Positions 41,190 through 51,256 of a stretch of 64,000 nt of DNA are shown here, one piece after another. The notes beneath the pieces were generated by a model. It worked only from the letters and a program-made list of their open reading frames with translations, did not search any database and was not told the origin of the DNA. The stretch comes from Alphaproteobacteria bacterium. Lineage in GTDB: Bacteria; Pseudomonadota; Alphaproteobacteria; UBA828. The position numbers and the translations under genes were made by a program. Position 1 is the stretch's first letter. Each line of letters begins with the position of its first letter. The stretch is taken from positions 512,001 to 576,000 of the forward strand of contig CBDCRW010000005.1 of NCBI GenBank assembly GCA_965221125.1, in the 5' to 3' direction.

Positions 41190-41270
41190 GGGTTGCGAAG
41201 CCCCCGTTTGGCGATCCGACAGCGCTGAATAGCCAAGCGCCCCGGCCGCGTCAAGATGGAGTGGTGTACT

Positions 41271-42173
41271 CTAGTCGGGCACGATCATCGTGCCGGTGCC
41301 GTGCTCGGTGAATAGCTCGAGCAGGATCACGTGCGGCACGCGGCCGTCCAGGATGTGGGCGGCCCCGGTCGAGCGCTCGATCGCCTCGAGGCAGGTCTCG
41401 AGCTTGGGGATCATGCCGCCGCTGATCGCGCCGCCGGCGAGCATCTGCCGCGCCTCGCCGGTGGTCATCTGGCTGACGAGCGCGCCGCCCACGTCCAGCA
41501 CGCCGGGGACGTCGGTGAGCAGCAGCAGCTTGATGGCGGAAAGCGCCGAGGCGATGGCGCCGGCCGCCGTGTCGGCGTTGATGTTGTAGGTTTCGCCGCC
41601 GGCGCCCACGCCGACCGGCGCGATCACCGGGATGATGTCGGACTCGCCCAGATGGTCCAGCAGCTCGACGTTGACGCGATCCGGCTCGCCGACGAAGCCG
41701 AGGTCGACCACCGTCTCGGCCCCGGTCTCGGCATCGCGCGTGCGCCGCTTGAGCGGCGTCGCCTCGATGAGACGGCCGTCCTTGCCGCTCAGGCCCACCG
41801 CGGTGCCGCCCTCCGCGTTGATCGTGGTCACGATCTGCTTGTTGATGGTGCCAGAGAGCACCATCTCGACGACCTCGATAGCCGCTTCGTCGGTGACGCG
41901 CAGGCCGTCGACGAAATCACTCTCGATGCCGAGGCGGCCCAGCATGCGAGCGATCTGCGGCCCGCCGCCGTGGACCACCACCGGGTTGATGCCCACCTGC
42001 TTCAGCAGCACCACGTCGCGCGCGAAGTCTTGGGCGAGCGCGGCATCGCCCATGGCGTGGCCGCCGTACTTGATCACCAGGCTCCGGCCCGCGAAACGCC
42101 GCATGTAGGGCAGCGCCTCGGAGATCGTGGCCGCGGTGCGCAGCCAGTGCTTGGTATCGCTGATGCGCTGCAT
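41271..42173 (-). CDS. argB: Acetylglutamate kinase
   Basis: [42 protein letters not shown]. Confidence 0.96.
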   Translation of the reverse strand: MQRISDTKHWLRTAATISEALPYMRRFAGRSLVIKYGGHAMGDAALAQDFARDVVLLKQVGINPVVVHGGGPQIARMLGRLGIESDFVDGLRVTDEAAIEVVEMVLSGTINKQIVTTINAEGGTAVGLSGKDGRLIEATPLKRRTRDAETGAETVVDLGFVGEPDRVNVELLDHLGESDIIPVIAPVGVGAGGETYNINADTAAGAIASALSAIKLLLLTDVPGVLDVGGALVSQMTTGEARQMLAGGAISGGMIPKLETCLEAIERSTGAAHILDGRVPHVILLELFTEHGTGTMIVPD

Positions 42174-42235
42174 GGGGGTGTCCGGGTCGCTCGCAGGCGC
42201 CGGCGCACGCAGGGGCGCCGGCCGGCCGGGGATGA

Positions 42236-42922
42236 CTAGCCTATTCTCTCCGCCGTGGCCAGCGCGGCGAGATGGCCCCTGAGCGCCGGAATGCCGGCGC
42301 CGGTGCGCGCGCTCGTGGCGATCAGCGACGGATAGGCGGCGACGTGAGTGGCGAGCGCCGCCTCGATGGCGACGACCTGCGCCGTCAGCGCTTCCGCCGT
42401 GAGCTTGTCGCACTTGGTCAGCACCGCGAGAAAGGACACCGCGCTCTGGTCGAAGGCGGCCATGACGGGCTCGTCGGCGGACGTGATGCCGCGCCGCGCG
42501 TCCAGCAGCAGGCAGACCCGCTGCAGCGTCGGCCGGCCGCGCAGGTAGGCCTCCGCGAGGCGCGTCCAGGCCTTGATCTTCTGCCGGGAGGCGGCGGCAT
42601 AGCCGTAGCCCGGCAGGTCGACGAGGGTGAGCCGGCCGTCCAGGTCGAAGAAGTTGAGCTCACGCGTGCGCCCCGGCGTGTTCGAGGTGCGGGCCAGCGC
42701 GCGCCGGCCGGTGAGCGCATTGACGAGGCTCGACTTGCCGACGTTGGAGCGTCCGGCGAAGGCGATCTCGGGCAGGCCGGGCGCGGGCAACCCGTCGGGC
42801 CCGGCTGCGCCCGCGACGAAAAGGCAGGGCCGCGCGAACAGCCTGCGGCCGGCCTCTAGCGCCGCCTGGCGCGCTTCCGCGTTCTCTGCCGGCGCGGCCT
42901 CGGCCGGTCCTGGCTCGTCCAT
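42236..42922 (-). CDS. engB: Ribosome biogenesis GTPase YihA/EngB
   Basis: [34 protein letters not shown]. Confidence 0.95.
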   Translation of the reverse strand: MDEPGPAEAAPAENAEARQAALEAGRRLFARPCLFVAGAAGPDGLPAPGLPEIAFAGRSNVGKSSLVNALTGRRALARTSNTPGRTRELNFFDLDGRLTLVDLPGYGYAAASRQKIKAWTRLAEAYLRGRPTLQRVCLLLDARRGITSADEPVMAAFDQSAVSFLAVLTKCDKLTAEALTAQVVAIEAALATHVAAYPSLIATSARTGAGIPALRGHLAALATAERIG

Positions 42923-45561
42923 TCGCTGCCGTCGGCGGGCGCGTCCGAGGATGACTCGGCCGCCGCCGCGTCGCCATCGTCCGCTGCCTCGGCTTCCGCT
43001 GCTTCCGCCTCCGCCGGCGCCTCGTCGAACGCCGCCTCGGCCGCGTAGTCGCCGTCCTCGTTGGCGCGTGCGGCGGCGCGTTCCGCCTTGCGCTGGCGGC
43101 GCGACTTCCTGGGCTTGTCATCGGAGGCGCGCGGGGGCGGCGCGGATGCGCGGGCAGGGGCGTCGTTGGCAGGCGGAATCCCGAGGCCGGCCTTCAGGCG
43201 ATCCATGAAGCCCGAGGGCTGGTTGGCGGCGGGCGCCGCCTTGCGCCGGCTCGCGGCCTTCTGCCGCTGCTTGCGGGCCATGGCCTTCCGCCGCGCGATC
43301 CGCGCACGCTCGGCGGCGGCCTGCTTGAACGACGAAGGCCGGGCGCCGCCCTCGCTCCGCGCTTCGGTCTTGCGGTCGCTGCGGGAACCGCTGGCGCTCT
43401 TGGCGTGAGGCTTCTGTGCGCCGGACGCATCGCTTGCCCGGCTGCGGGTCTGGCCTTCCTTGCGCCCGCTCGCGCTGGCGGTGCCGGTCTTGCGGCGGGG
43501 CGCATCGCCCTTGCGCTGGTCCCCCTCGCGGCGCTTATTCCCGGTGCGGGGCTGGGCCTTGCGGGCGCGGGCGGCGCTGTCTCGCTGCGTCCCATCCTGG
43601 CTGCGCGCGGCATCCTCGCGACCCGCCGAGCCCTCGGCTCTGGCCTCGGCGCCGGCGTGCGCCTTGTCCTTGGCCGGGTCCGGCCGCTTGGTCTTCTTGC
43701 GAGAGGAACGGCTCGGCTTCAGGAGGTCGCCTTTCTCCGCCGCCTCCTTGATCTTCTTTATCTTCTCCGCGTCCTCGGCGAGGCTCTGGCGGGTGATGCC
43801 CATGCGCCGCATGATCAGCCATTGCTGGCCGATGGAGAGCACGTTGTTCCAGGTCCAGTAGACGACCAGCCCCGCCGGGAAGCGCGCGAACAGGAAGAGG
43901 AAGATGATGGGCAGCGCCATCATGATCTTCTGCTGGATCGGCTCCATCGGCTGCGGGTTGAGCTTCATCTGCAGCCACATGGTCGCACCGAAGATGAGCG
44001 GCCAGATGCCGACCAGCAGGAACTCCGGCGCCGGCCATTCGAGCAATCCGAAGCCCGTGATGAAGGTCATCGGGTCCGGTGCGGAGAGATCGTCGATCCA
44101 GCCGAAGAAGGGCGCGTGGCGCATCTCGATGGTGACGAACAGCATGTAGTAGAGGGCGAAGAACACCGGAATCTGCGCCAGCAGCGGCAGGCAGCCCGCG
44201 ACCGGGTTGGCCTTCTGCTCCTTGTAGAGCTTCATCAGCTCCGAGTTCATCCGCTGCTTGTCGTCCTTGAAGCGCTCGCGCAGGCGGATCATCTCAGGCT
44301 GGAGCTTGCGCATCCGGCTCATGGACGCGTAGGCCTTGTTGGCCAGCGGGAAGAGCAGCACGCGCACGCAGATCGTCAGCAGCAGGATGGCCACACCGAA
44401 GTTGCCGGTCGCCCTGTTGAAGAAGTCGATGACGTAGAACATCGGCTTCGACAGGAACCAGGCCGGCCCGAAATCGACCGAAAGATCCAGGCGGTCCGCA
44501 CCGAGCGACTCCTCATAGGCGTCGAGCAGGCTGATCTCCTTGGCGCCGGTGAAGAGGTGCGAGGTGAGCGAGACCGCCTGCCCCGGATTCACCGTGAGCA
44601 CCTCGGCCTCGTAGATGGTCTGGAAGGAATCCGCCTGTCCGCCGTCCACCGGCACGTACTCGAAGCTGCCGCGGAACGGCATCTGCTGATCGGGGATCAG
44701 CGCCACCAGCCAGTACTTGTCGGTCAATCCCATCCAGCCGCCGGTGGCCTCGTAGCGGTAATCGACGCCGCCTCTGGGGTTCTCCACCCGCGCGTCGTAG
44801 GCGTCGCGCATGTCCTCGTAGTCGGCGTCGCGATAGTCCTCGCCGAAGACGCCGAGCGCGCCGTCCTGGAAGATGAAGAGCGGCTTGAACGGCAGGATCG
44901 ACTCGGTGGCGTCGCTGAACCGTGCGATCCGTGCATAGGGCGTGAGCGCGAGCGGGGCGCCGGTCGTGTTCAGCACCGACTGGGTGACGGTGAAGACGAA
45001 ATTCTCGTCGATGTCGATCTTGCGCGTGAACTGAAGCCCCGCGCCGTTGTCCCAGCGGAGCGTCACGGGCCGGCCGGGGGCTACGGTCGACTTGTCGGCG
45101 GCCCAAAGGGTGTCGGGCTGGGGCAGCGCGATGCCTTGGGCCGCGGTGATCCAGCCGAAATCAGCGAAATAGGGCCGCACTGAATCGCGGGGCTGGAGCA
45201 GCACGATGTTCGGGCTGTCCTCGTCCGCTTCCTCCCGGTAGTCGAGGAGTGTGATGGAATCGATGCGCCCGCCGAGGCGCGCGATCGAGCCGCTGAGGCG
45301 CGGTGACTCGATCGTGATGCGGGGGCTGTCGATACTCGCTTGGCGCAGCTCGGCCTGGGCCGCGGCGTCTCCGCCTGTGCCGGGCGCCACCTGATCCAGC
45401 GACGGCGGCGCGGTCCCCGGCACGGGTTGCTCGGCCACGCGCCGCGGCCGCTCATCGGTCGGGAAAAGCGCCGGCATGAGGAATTGCCAGCCCAGCAGGA
45501 TCACGAAGATCACGCCGATCGCGATGAGGAGGTTGCGTTTGTCTTCGCCGCCGCCAAACAT
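42856..45561 (-). CDS. yidC: Membrane protein insertase YidC with very long C-terminal extension
   Basis: GNFGVAILLLT, MSRMRKLQPEM, NPVAGCLP, QIPVFFALY, WIDDLSAPDP, GLVVYWTWNN. Synteny rpmH-rnpA-yidD-yidC-engB. Confidence 0.95.
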   Translation of the reverse strand: MFGGGEDKRNLLIAIGVIFVILLGWQFLMPALFPTDERPRRVAEQPVPGTAPPSLDQVAPGTGGDAAAQAELRQASIDSPRITIESPRLSGSIARLGGRIDSITLLDYREEADEDSPNIVLLQPRDSVRPYFADFGWITAAQGIALPQPDTLWAADKSTVAPGRPVTLRWDNGAGLQFTRKIDIDENFVFTVTQSVLNTTGAPLALTPYARIARFSDATESILPFKPLFIFQDGALGVFGEDYRDADYEDMRDAYDARVENPRGGVDYRYEATGGWMGLTDKYWLVALIPDQQMPFRGSFEYVPVDGGQADSFQTIYEAEVLTVNPGQAVSLTSHLFTGAKEISLLDAYEESLGADRLDLSVDFGPAWFLSKPMFYVIDFFNRATGNFGVAILLLTICVRVLLFPLANKAYASMSRMRKLQPEMIRLRERFKDDKQRMNSELMKLYKEQKANPVAGCLPLLAQIPVFFALYYMLFVTIEMRHAPFFGWIDDLSAPDPMTFITGFGLLEWPAPEFLLVGIWPLIFGATMWLQMKLNPQPMEPIQQKIMMALPIIFLFLFARFPAGLVVYWTWNNVLSIGQQWLIMRRMGITRQSLAEDAEKIKKIKEAAEKGDLLKPSRSSRKKTKRPDPAKDKAHAGAEARAEGSAGREDAARSQDGTQRDSAARARKAQPRTGNKRREGDQRKGDAPRRKTGTASASGRKEGQTRSRASDASGAQKPHAKSASGSRSDRKTEARSEGGARPSSFKQAAAERARIARRKAMARKQRQKAASRRKAAPAANQPSGFMDRLKAGLGIPPANDAPARASAPPPRASDDKPRKSRRQRKAERAAARANEDGDYAAEAAFDEAPAEAEAAEAEAADDGDAAAAESSSDAPADGSEWTSQDRPRPRRQRTRKRARRR

Positions 45562-45581
45562 GTGACGCTCGCTCGCCCCGG

Positions 45582-45848
45582 TCAGCGGGGGGCGCGCCCC
45601 CCGGATGCGCTCAAGATGCGGAGCGGACGCTCGGGCACCTCGTCCACCCCGCCGGGGCAGAACGGGTTGCAGCGCAGCACCCGCCACAGCGCGAGCGCGA
45701 GACCAACCACCGCCCCGTGACGCTTCAGCGCGGTCATCGCGTAGTGCGAGCAGGTCGGCTCGAACCGGCAGCTCGGCGGCACCAGGGGCGAAATGAAATA
45801 CTGGTATCCGCGGATCAGGCCCACGATCAGTAACGCGATCGGTTTCAT
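45582..45848 (-). CDS. yidD: Membrane protein insertion efficiency factor YidD
   Basis: [30 protein letters not shown]. Confidence 0.94.
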   Translation of the reverse strand: MKPIALLIVGLIRGYQYFISPLVPPSCRFEPTCSHYAMTALKRHGAVVGLALALWRVLRCNPFCPGGVDEVPERPLRILSASGGRAPR

Positions 45849-46276
45849 GCGTCTCCCGCTCTTGGGCCCGCCCTGCGCTGCCGGCCGGCGGCGGCTTGCC
45901 GTCCGCCCCTCGGCGACCGATCGCGCATCCGCGCACTGACCCGCGCGAGCGCTGCGGCCAGATCGTCGAGCAGCGCGTCGAACGGGCGGGTCAGCGTGGC
46001 GGCGCGCGCGATGACGACATAGTCGCAGCCGCATTGCGCCGAGGCCGGCATAACATGGGCCACCGCCGCGCGCAATCGGCGCTTGGCGCGGTTGCGGGTG
46101 ACCGCGTTGCCGATGCGCCGGCTCGCGGTGTAGCCCACGCGCACATGTCCGGCTCCGGAACTCGCCTGCGCTGGTGCCGGCGCCGCCTGCAGCACCAGCC
46201 CCGGTGCTGCCCAGTGGCACGCCGCGGCGCGCACGCGCAGGAAGTCGCTCCGCTTCTTGAGTGTGGCGATGCGCAT
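45845..46276 (-). CDS. rnpA: Ribonuclease P protein component
   Basis: [38 protein letters not shown]. Confidence 0.94.
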   Translation of the reverse strand: MRIATLKKRSDFLRVRAAACHWAAPGLVLQAAPAPAQASSGAGHVRVGYTASRRIGNAVTRNRAKRRLRAAVAHVMPASAQCGCDYVVIARAATLTRPFDALLDDLAAALARVSARMRDRSPRGGRQAAAGRQRRAGPRAGDA

Positions 46277-46322
46277 CGAGCGTCCGGGAAGTAACCATGG
46301 GCGAGGCCGCGCCCCGCCAACC

Positions 46323-46457
46323 CTACACGGTGAGCCGCTTGCGCCCCTTCGCGCGCCTGCGCGCGAGTATGCGCCGGCCGCCGACGGACTTCATGCGCTG
46401 CCTGAAGCCGTGGCGCCGCTTGCGCACGATGTTGCTTGGCTGATAGGTCCGCTTCAC
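46323..46457 (-). CDS. rpmH: 50S ribosomal protein L34
   Basis: Manual translation from GTG: [44 protein letters not shown]. Confidence 0.97.
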   Translation of the reverse strand: MKRTYQPSNIVRKRRHGFRQRMKSVGGRRILARRRAKGRKRLTV

Positions 46458-46561
46458 GCCTTGTCTCCGCTCCCGGCAGGGTCGCTCGCGAGCGCCGGGG
46501 CCGCCGCTGTATAGGCGTGCCCCCGGCCCCTGTCAACGCGCGTGGCGCGCTCCGACCGGAG

Positions 46562-47530
46562 TCAAGGTGGAATGCGGCCGGCGAGCCAGTCCTCGATCAG
46601 GCGGCGGGAGATCGAGTAGCGGCCCGGCAGGCGGAACGCGTCCGAGTCCCGCCGGCCCAGCAGGTCGCGCCGCTTGTACCAGTGCGCGTACTCCAGCTCG
46701 GTCTCGTCGACCGCGATCTCGCGGGAACGCGCTTCGGCCATGAACCCCACCATGATCGTGCCGGGGAAGGGCCAGGGCTGCGAGGAGTGGTAGCGGACAT
46801 CGCCCACCTTGATCCCGCTTTCCTCCTTGATCTCGCGGGCGACGCACTCCTCGAGGCTCTCGCCGGGCTCGAGGAAGCCCGCAAGCGTGGAGTGCATGCC
46901 CGGCGGCCAGCGCGACTGGCGGCAGAGGAGGCAGTCGTCGCCGTCGTGGACCAGCGTGATCACCGCCGTGTCCGTTCTCGGGAAGTGGACCGCCCCGCAG
47001 TCCTCGTTGGTGCAGCGCCGCTGGTGGCCGGCCTCCAGCGCCTCAGCAGGCGCGCCGCAGGCGCCGCAGAAGCGGTGCCGCCGGTGCCAGTAGGTGAGCC
47101 CCCGCGCGTATGCCACGAGCGCCGCGTCTGTGCCCGGTACGATCTGCACCAGCTCGCGCAGATCCATCAGCTCGCCGCCGGGCGAGCGGGCCAGCAGGGT
47201 CTCGGCCTCCACGTGCGAGAAATCGACGACGAAGTGCGCCGCGCCGGCCTCGGCGGCCGCGCCGTCCTCGCCGTTCTCGACCTCGACGCCCAGCAGCGAA
47301 GGCTCGGCGCCGGCGTCGAGCAGGCCGTCGAGGGTCTCGCGGTAGTGGATAACGGCGCGCGGCTCGGGGCCGAGGCGGACGACGGCATTCTGCCGCCAGA
47401 TCGCGAGGAAGCGCGTCGACGGGTCTTCGAGGCGCGCTGCGAGCCATGCGGCGTCGGTCCGCAGATGCGCGGCCCGGTCGAGCGGCATGCCGGCCAGCAC
47501 GTTGCCGTGGATGCGCGTGAGCCTGCTCAT
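46562..47530 (-). CDS. nudC: NAD(+)/NADH diphosphatase NudC
   Basis: HRFCGACG zinc motif, FPRTD, AGFLEPGESLEECVAREIKEESG Nudix box, SQPWPFP. Confidence 0.95.
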   Translation of the reverse strand: MSRLTRIHGNVLAGMPLDRAAHLRTDAAWLAARLEDPSTRFLAIWRQNAVVRLGPEPRAVIHYRETLDGLLDAGAEPSLLGVEVENGEDGAAAEAGAAHFVVDFSHVEAETLLARSPGGELMDLRELVQIVPGTDAALVAYARGLTYWHRRHRFCGACGAPAEALEAGHQRRCTNEDCGAVHFPRTDTAVITLVHDGDDCLLCRQSRWPPGMHSTLAGFLEPGESLEECVAREIKEESGIKVGDVRYHSSQPWPFPGTIMVGFMAEARSREIAVDETELEYAHWYKRRDLLGRRDSDAFRLPGRYSISRRLIEDWLAGRIPP

Positions 47531-47691
47531 GCCTCAACCTCGCACACAGCCTGGGTCTTTCATACCCCTCAGGCGCATCGCGCGCTCATGCGCGCGTAAC
47601 CGCGCGACGCGCTCGTCTCGCGGTCGCCGCAGGCGGGGACTATAGTGGCCGTCTCGATGCACGAAACGTCCGGAGGCCACGAACCACTGCG

Positions 47692-48582
47692 ATGAGCGCC
47701 CTTCTGCACGTCCCACTGGAAGACCGCGGCGTCGTATCCGTCGACGGGCCGGAGGCTGGTCCCTTCCTCCAGGGGCTGATCTCCAACGACATCGAGCGCG
47801 TGACGGATGCGCGCGGCATCTACGCGGCGCTGCTCACGCCGCAGGGCAAGTTCCTGCACGACTTCTTCGTGCTGCGCCGGGGCGCGGGCTACCTGCTAGA
47901 CTGCGAGGGCCCGCGCACGGGCGATCTCGGGCGCAGGCTCATGGCCTACAGGCTGCGCGCCGACGTCGCCCTTGCCGACGCCACCGAGGATTTTAGGGTG
48001 ATCGCGCTGTTCGGCGGCGATGGCGGCAACGGTGCGTTCGACCTGCCGGCGGACGAAGGCAGCGCGGCGCCCTGCGCGGGCGGCACGCTCATGCGGGACC
48101 CGAGAGGCGCGGTGCTCGGACTCCGCGCGGTGCTGCCCGTCGGCGCGGACCTCGCGTTCCTGGAGCAGGCGGGCTTCGCGCGCGGCAGCCCGGCCGACTA
48201 CGAGCGCCACCGCATCGCCATGGGCGCGCCCGACGGCAGCCGCGACATGGAGGTCGGCCGGGCGACGCTGATGGAGTGCGGCTTCGAGGCGCTCAACGGC
48301 GTCGACTTCGAGAAGGGCTGCTACGTCGGCCAGGAGCTGACGGCGCGGACCAAGCACCGGGGCCTCGTGCGCCGCCGCCTCGCGCGCGTGGCGCTGGAGG
48401 GCCCGCTGCCGCCGGCCGGCACGCCGATTGTGGCGGGCGAGCGCGAGGTCGGCGAGATCCGCTCCGGCCTGGGCGCTGCCGCGCTCGCGGTGCTGCGGCT
48501 GGAGCGGATCACCGCCGCCGCCGAGGCTGGCACGCCGCTCACCGCCGGCGACGCGCGGGTTATTCCTCCCGACCGTCCCTGA
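47692..48582 (+). CDS. ygfZ: Folate-binding Fe-S repair protein YgfZ/Iba57
   Basis: FLQGLISND, LLTPQGK, KGCYVGQE signature. Confidence 0.93.
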   Translation: MSALLHVPLEDRGVVSVDGPEAGPFLQGLISNDIERVTDARGIYAALLTPQGKFLHDFFVLRRGAGYLLDCEGPRTGDLGRRLMAYRLRADVALADATEDFRVIALFGGDGGNGAFDLPADEGSAAPCAGGTLMRDPRGAVLGLRAVLPVGADLAFLEQAGFARGSPADYERHRIAMGAPDGSRDMEVGRATLMECGFEALNGVDFEKGCYVGQELTARTKHRGLVRRRLARVALEGPLPPAGTPIVAGEREVGEIRSGLGAAALAVLRLERITAAAEAGTPLTAGDARVIPPDRP

Positions 48583-51256
48583 GCGTTCCCGCTGCGCCCT
48601 CTACGTGCGCGATGGCGGCCTGGGCGGCCGCGAGCCGCGCCACGGGCACGCGGTAGGGGGAGCAGGAGACGTAGTCGAGGCCGACGCCCTCGAAGAAGTC
48701 GATGGACGCCGGGTCGCCGCCGTGCTCGCCGCAGATGCCGAGCTTGAGGTCGGGCCGCGCGGCCCGCCCGCGCTCCGCGGCGACCTGCACGAGCTCGCCC
48801 ACGCCTTCGCGGTCGAGGCTCGCGAAGGGGTCGCGCGCCAGGATCCCGGCGCGCTCGTAGTCGCCGACGAAGCTCGCCGCATCGTCGCGCGAGATGCCGA
48901 AGGCGGTCTGCGTCAGGTCGTTGGTGCCGAAGCTGAAGAAGGACGCGCTCTCGGCGATCTCGCCGGCACGGAGCGCCGCGCGCGGCAGCTCGATCATTGT
49001 GCCGATGGCGTAGGCGATCGCGGCGCCGGTCTCCTCCTCCACCGCGCCGTGGACGCGCTCGATGACGGCCTTGAGGATGTCGAACTCGCGCCTGGTCGCC
49101 ACCAGCGGAATCATGATCTCGAGCGCGACCGGGCGCTCGCTTCTCGCCTCCGCCGCCGCTTCGAAGATGGCGCGCGCCTGCATCTCGTAGATCTCGGGGT
49201 AGGAGATGCCGAGGCGGCAGCCGCGATGCCCCAGCATGGGGTTGATCTCGTGCAGCTGCGCGATGCGCGCGCGCAGCGCCTCCACCGTGACGCCGGCGGC
49301 CTGCGCCACGCCCGCGATCTCGGCGTCCGAGCGCGGCAGGAACTCGTGCAGCGGCGGGTCGAGCAGGCGGATCGTCACCGGCAGCCCCGCCATGATGCGG
49401 AAGAGCGCGGCGAAATCGCTGCGTTGCGCCGGCAGCAGCTTGGCGAGCGCGGCGCGGCGGCCCTCCGCATCCGTCGCCACGATCATCTCGCGCACGGCGA
49501 CGATGCGCGCATCGTCGAAGAACATGTGCTCGGTACGGCAGAGGCCGATCCCCTCCGCGCCGAAGCGGAGCGCCGTCTCGGCGTCGGCGGGCGTCTCGGC
49601 GTTGGCGCGGACCCTGAGCCGCCGCGCGCGGTCCGCCCAGCCCATGAGGGTCGCGAAATCGTCGGAGAGCGCGGGCTCGATGGTGGGCACCGCGCCGTCG
49701 AGCAGTTCGCCGCTCGCGCCGTCTATGGTGACCGTGTCGCCGGCGGCGATCACCGCATCGCCCGCCCGGCACTCGCGCGCCGCCTCGTCGATGCGGAGCG
49801 CGCTCGCCCCGGTGATGCAGGGCCGCCCCATGCCGCGGGCGACGACGGCGGCGTGGCTCGTCATGCCGCCCCGGCTGGTGACGATCCCGCGTGCCGCGTG
49901 CATGCCGTGGATGTCCTCAGGGCTCGTCTCGGTGCGGAGCAGGATCACGGCCTCGCCCCGATTGGCGCGGTCCTCCGCCTCGTCGGGGTCGAAGACGACC
50001 GTGCCGCAGGCCGCGCCCGGCGATGCCGGCAGGCCCCGCGCCAGCACCCGGCGGGGCGCATCGGGGTCGAGGGTGGGGTGGAGCAGCTGCTCGAGCGCGA
50101 GCGGATCCACCCGCGCGAGCGCCTCCGCCTCGCTCACCAGGCCCTGGCGCGCCATGTCGACGGCGATCTTGAGCGCCGCCTTGGCCGTGCGCTTGCCGGC
50201 GCGCGTCTGCAGGATCCAGAGTGTGCCGCCCTGCACCGTGAACTCGACGTCCTGCATGTCGCGGTAGTGGCGCTCCAGGCGCTCCATCACCGCCTCAAGC
50301 GCGGCGAAGGCGTCCGGCATCGCGCGTTCCATGGAGGGCGCGTCGGTGCCGCTCGCCTCTCGCCCGGCCTCGCTCACGGCGCTCGGCGTGCGGATGCCGG
50401 CGACCACGTCTTCTCCTTGAGCGTTGACCAGGTACTCGCCGTAGAGCGCGGCCTCGCCGGTGGACGGGTTGCGCGTGAACGCGACGCCGGTGGCGCAGTC
50501 GTTCCCCATGTTGCCGAAGACCATGGCCTGCACGGTGACCGCCGTGCCCCACTCGGCCGGGATGCCGTGCAGCCTGCGGTAGGTGACGGCGCGCGCGTTC
50601 ATCCACGAATCGAGGACCGCGCGGATCGCGCCCCGGAGCTGCGCCCGCGCATCCTGCGGGAAGTCGCTGCCGGTCTCGTCCCGCACCAGGGCCTTGTAGG
50701 CGTCGATCAGGCGGTACCAGTCGCCGGCCTGCATCTCGGTGTCGAGGCGGTAGCCCCGCGCTTCCTTCTCCTGCTCCAGCAGCTCCTCGAAGGCGCGGTG
50801 CTCGACGCCGAGCACGACGTCGCCGTACATCTGGATGAGGCGGCGGTAGCTGTCGTAGGCGAAGCGGGCATCGCCGCTGGTCCGCGCGAGGCCGTCCGCC
50901 GTCTCGTCGTTGAGGCCGAGATTGAGCACGGTGTCCATCATGCCGGGCATGGACGCGCGCGCGCCGGAGCGGACGGAGACCAGAAGCGTGCGGGCCGGAT
51001 CGCCGAAGCCAGCGCCCGCGATCCGCTCGACATGGGCGAGGCCGGCCTCGATCTCGGCGTCGAGGCCGGCGGGCACGGTGCGCGCTTGCGCGTAGTAGGC
51101 GTTGCAGAGCGCTGTCGTGATGGTGAAGCCGGGCGGGACAGGCAAGCCAATCGCGGCCATCTCGGCGAGGTTGGCGCCCTTGCCGCCGAGCAGCCCGCGC
51201 ATTTGGGCGTTGCCGTCCGCCTCGCCCCCGCCGAAGCGGTAGACCCAGCCGGCCAC
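48560..51256 (-). CDS. ppdK: Pyruvate, phosphate dikinase
   Basis: LGGKGANLAEM, SMPGMMDTVLNLG, GGMTSHAAVVARG, GLCRTEHMF, SFGTNDLTQ, GICGEHGG. Confidence 0.98.
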   Translation of the reverse strand: MAGWVYRFGGGEADGNAQMRGLLGGKGANLAEMAAIGLPVPPGFTITTALCNAYYAQARTVPAGLDAEIEAGLAHVERIAGAGFGDPARTLLVSVRSGARASMPGMMDTVLNLGLNDETADGLARTSGDARFAYDSYRRLIQMYGDVVLGVEHRAFEELLEQEKEARGYRLDTEMQAGDWYRLIDAYKALVRDETGSDFPQDARAQLRGAIRAVLDSWMNARAVTYRRLHGIPAEWGTAVTVQAMVFGNMGNDCATGVAFTRNPSTGEAALYGEYLVNAQGEDVVAGIRTPSAVSEAGREASGTDAPSMERAMPDAFAALEAVMERLERHYRDMQDVEFTVQGGTLWILQTRAGKRTAKAALKIAVDMARQGLVSEAEALARVDPLALEQLLHPTLDPDAPRRVLARGLPASPGAACGTVVFDPDEAEDRANRGEAVILLRTETSPEDIHGMHAARGIVTSRGGMTSHAAVVARGMGRPCITGASALRIDEAARECRAGDAVIAAGDTVTIDGASGELLDGAVPTIEPALSDDFATLMGWADRARRLRVRANAETPADAETALRFGAEGIGLCRTEHMFFDDARIVAVREMIVATDAEGRRAALAKLLPAQRSDFAALFRIMAGLPVTIRLLDPPLHEFLPRSDAEIAGVAQAAGVTVEALRARIAQLHEINPMLGHRGCRLGISYPEIYEMQARAIFEAAAEARSERPVALEIMIPLVATRREFDILKAVIERVHGAVEEETGAAIAYAIGTMIELPRAALRAGEIAESASFFSFGTNDLTQTAFGISRDDAASFVGDYERAGILARDPFASLDREGVGELVQVAAERGRAARPDLKLGICGEHGGDPASIDFFEGVGLDYVSCSPYRVPVARLAAAQAAIAHVEGAAGTLRDGREE

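Noticed and set aside
40696-41254. ORFs of 178-200 aa spanning the MITE as a possible transposase
   Set aside because: No DDE, HUH or recombinase motifs, and they cross the element boundaries.
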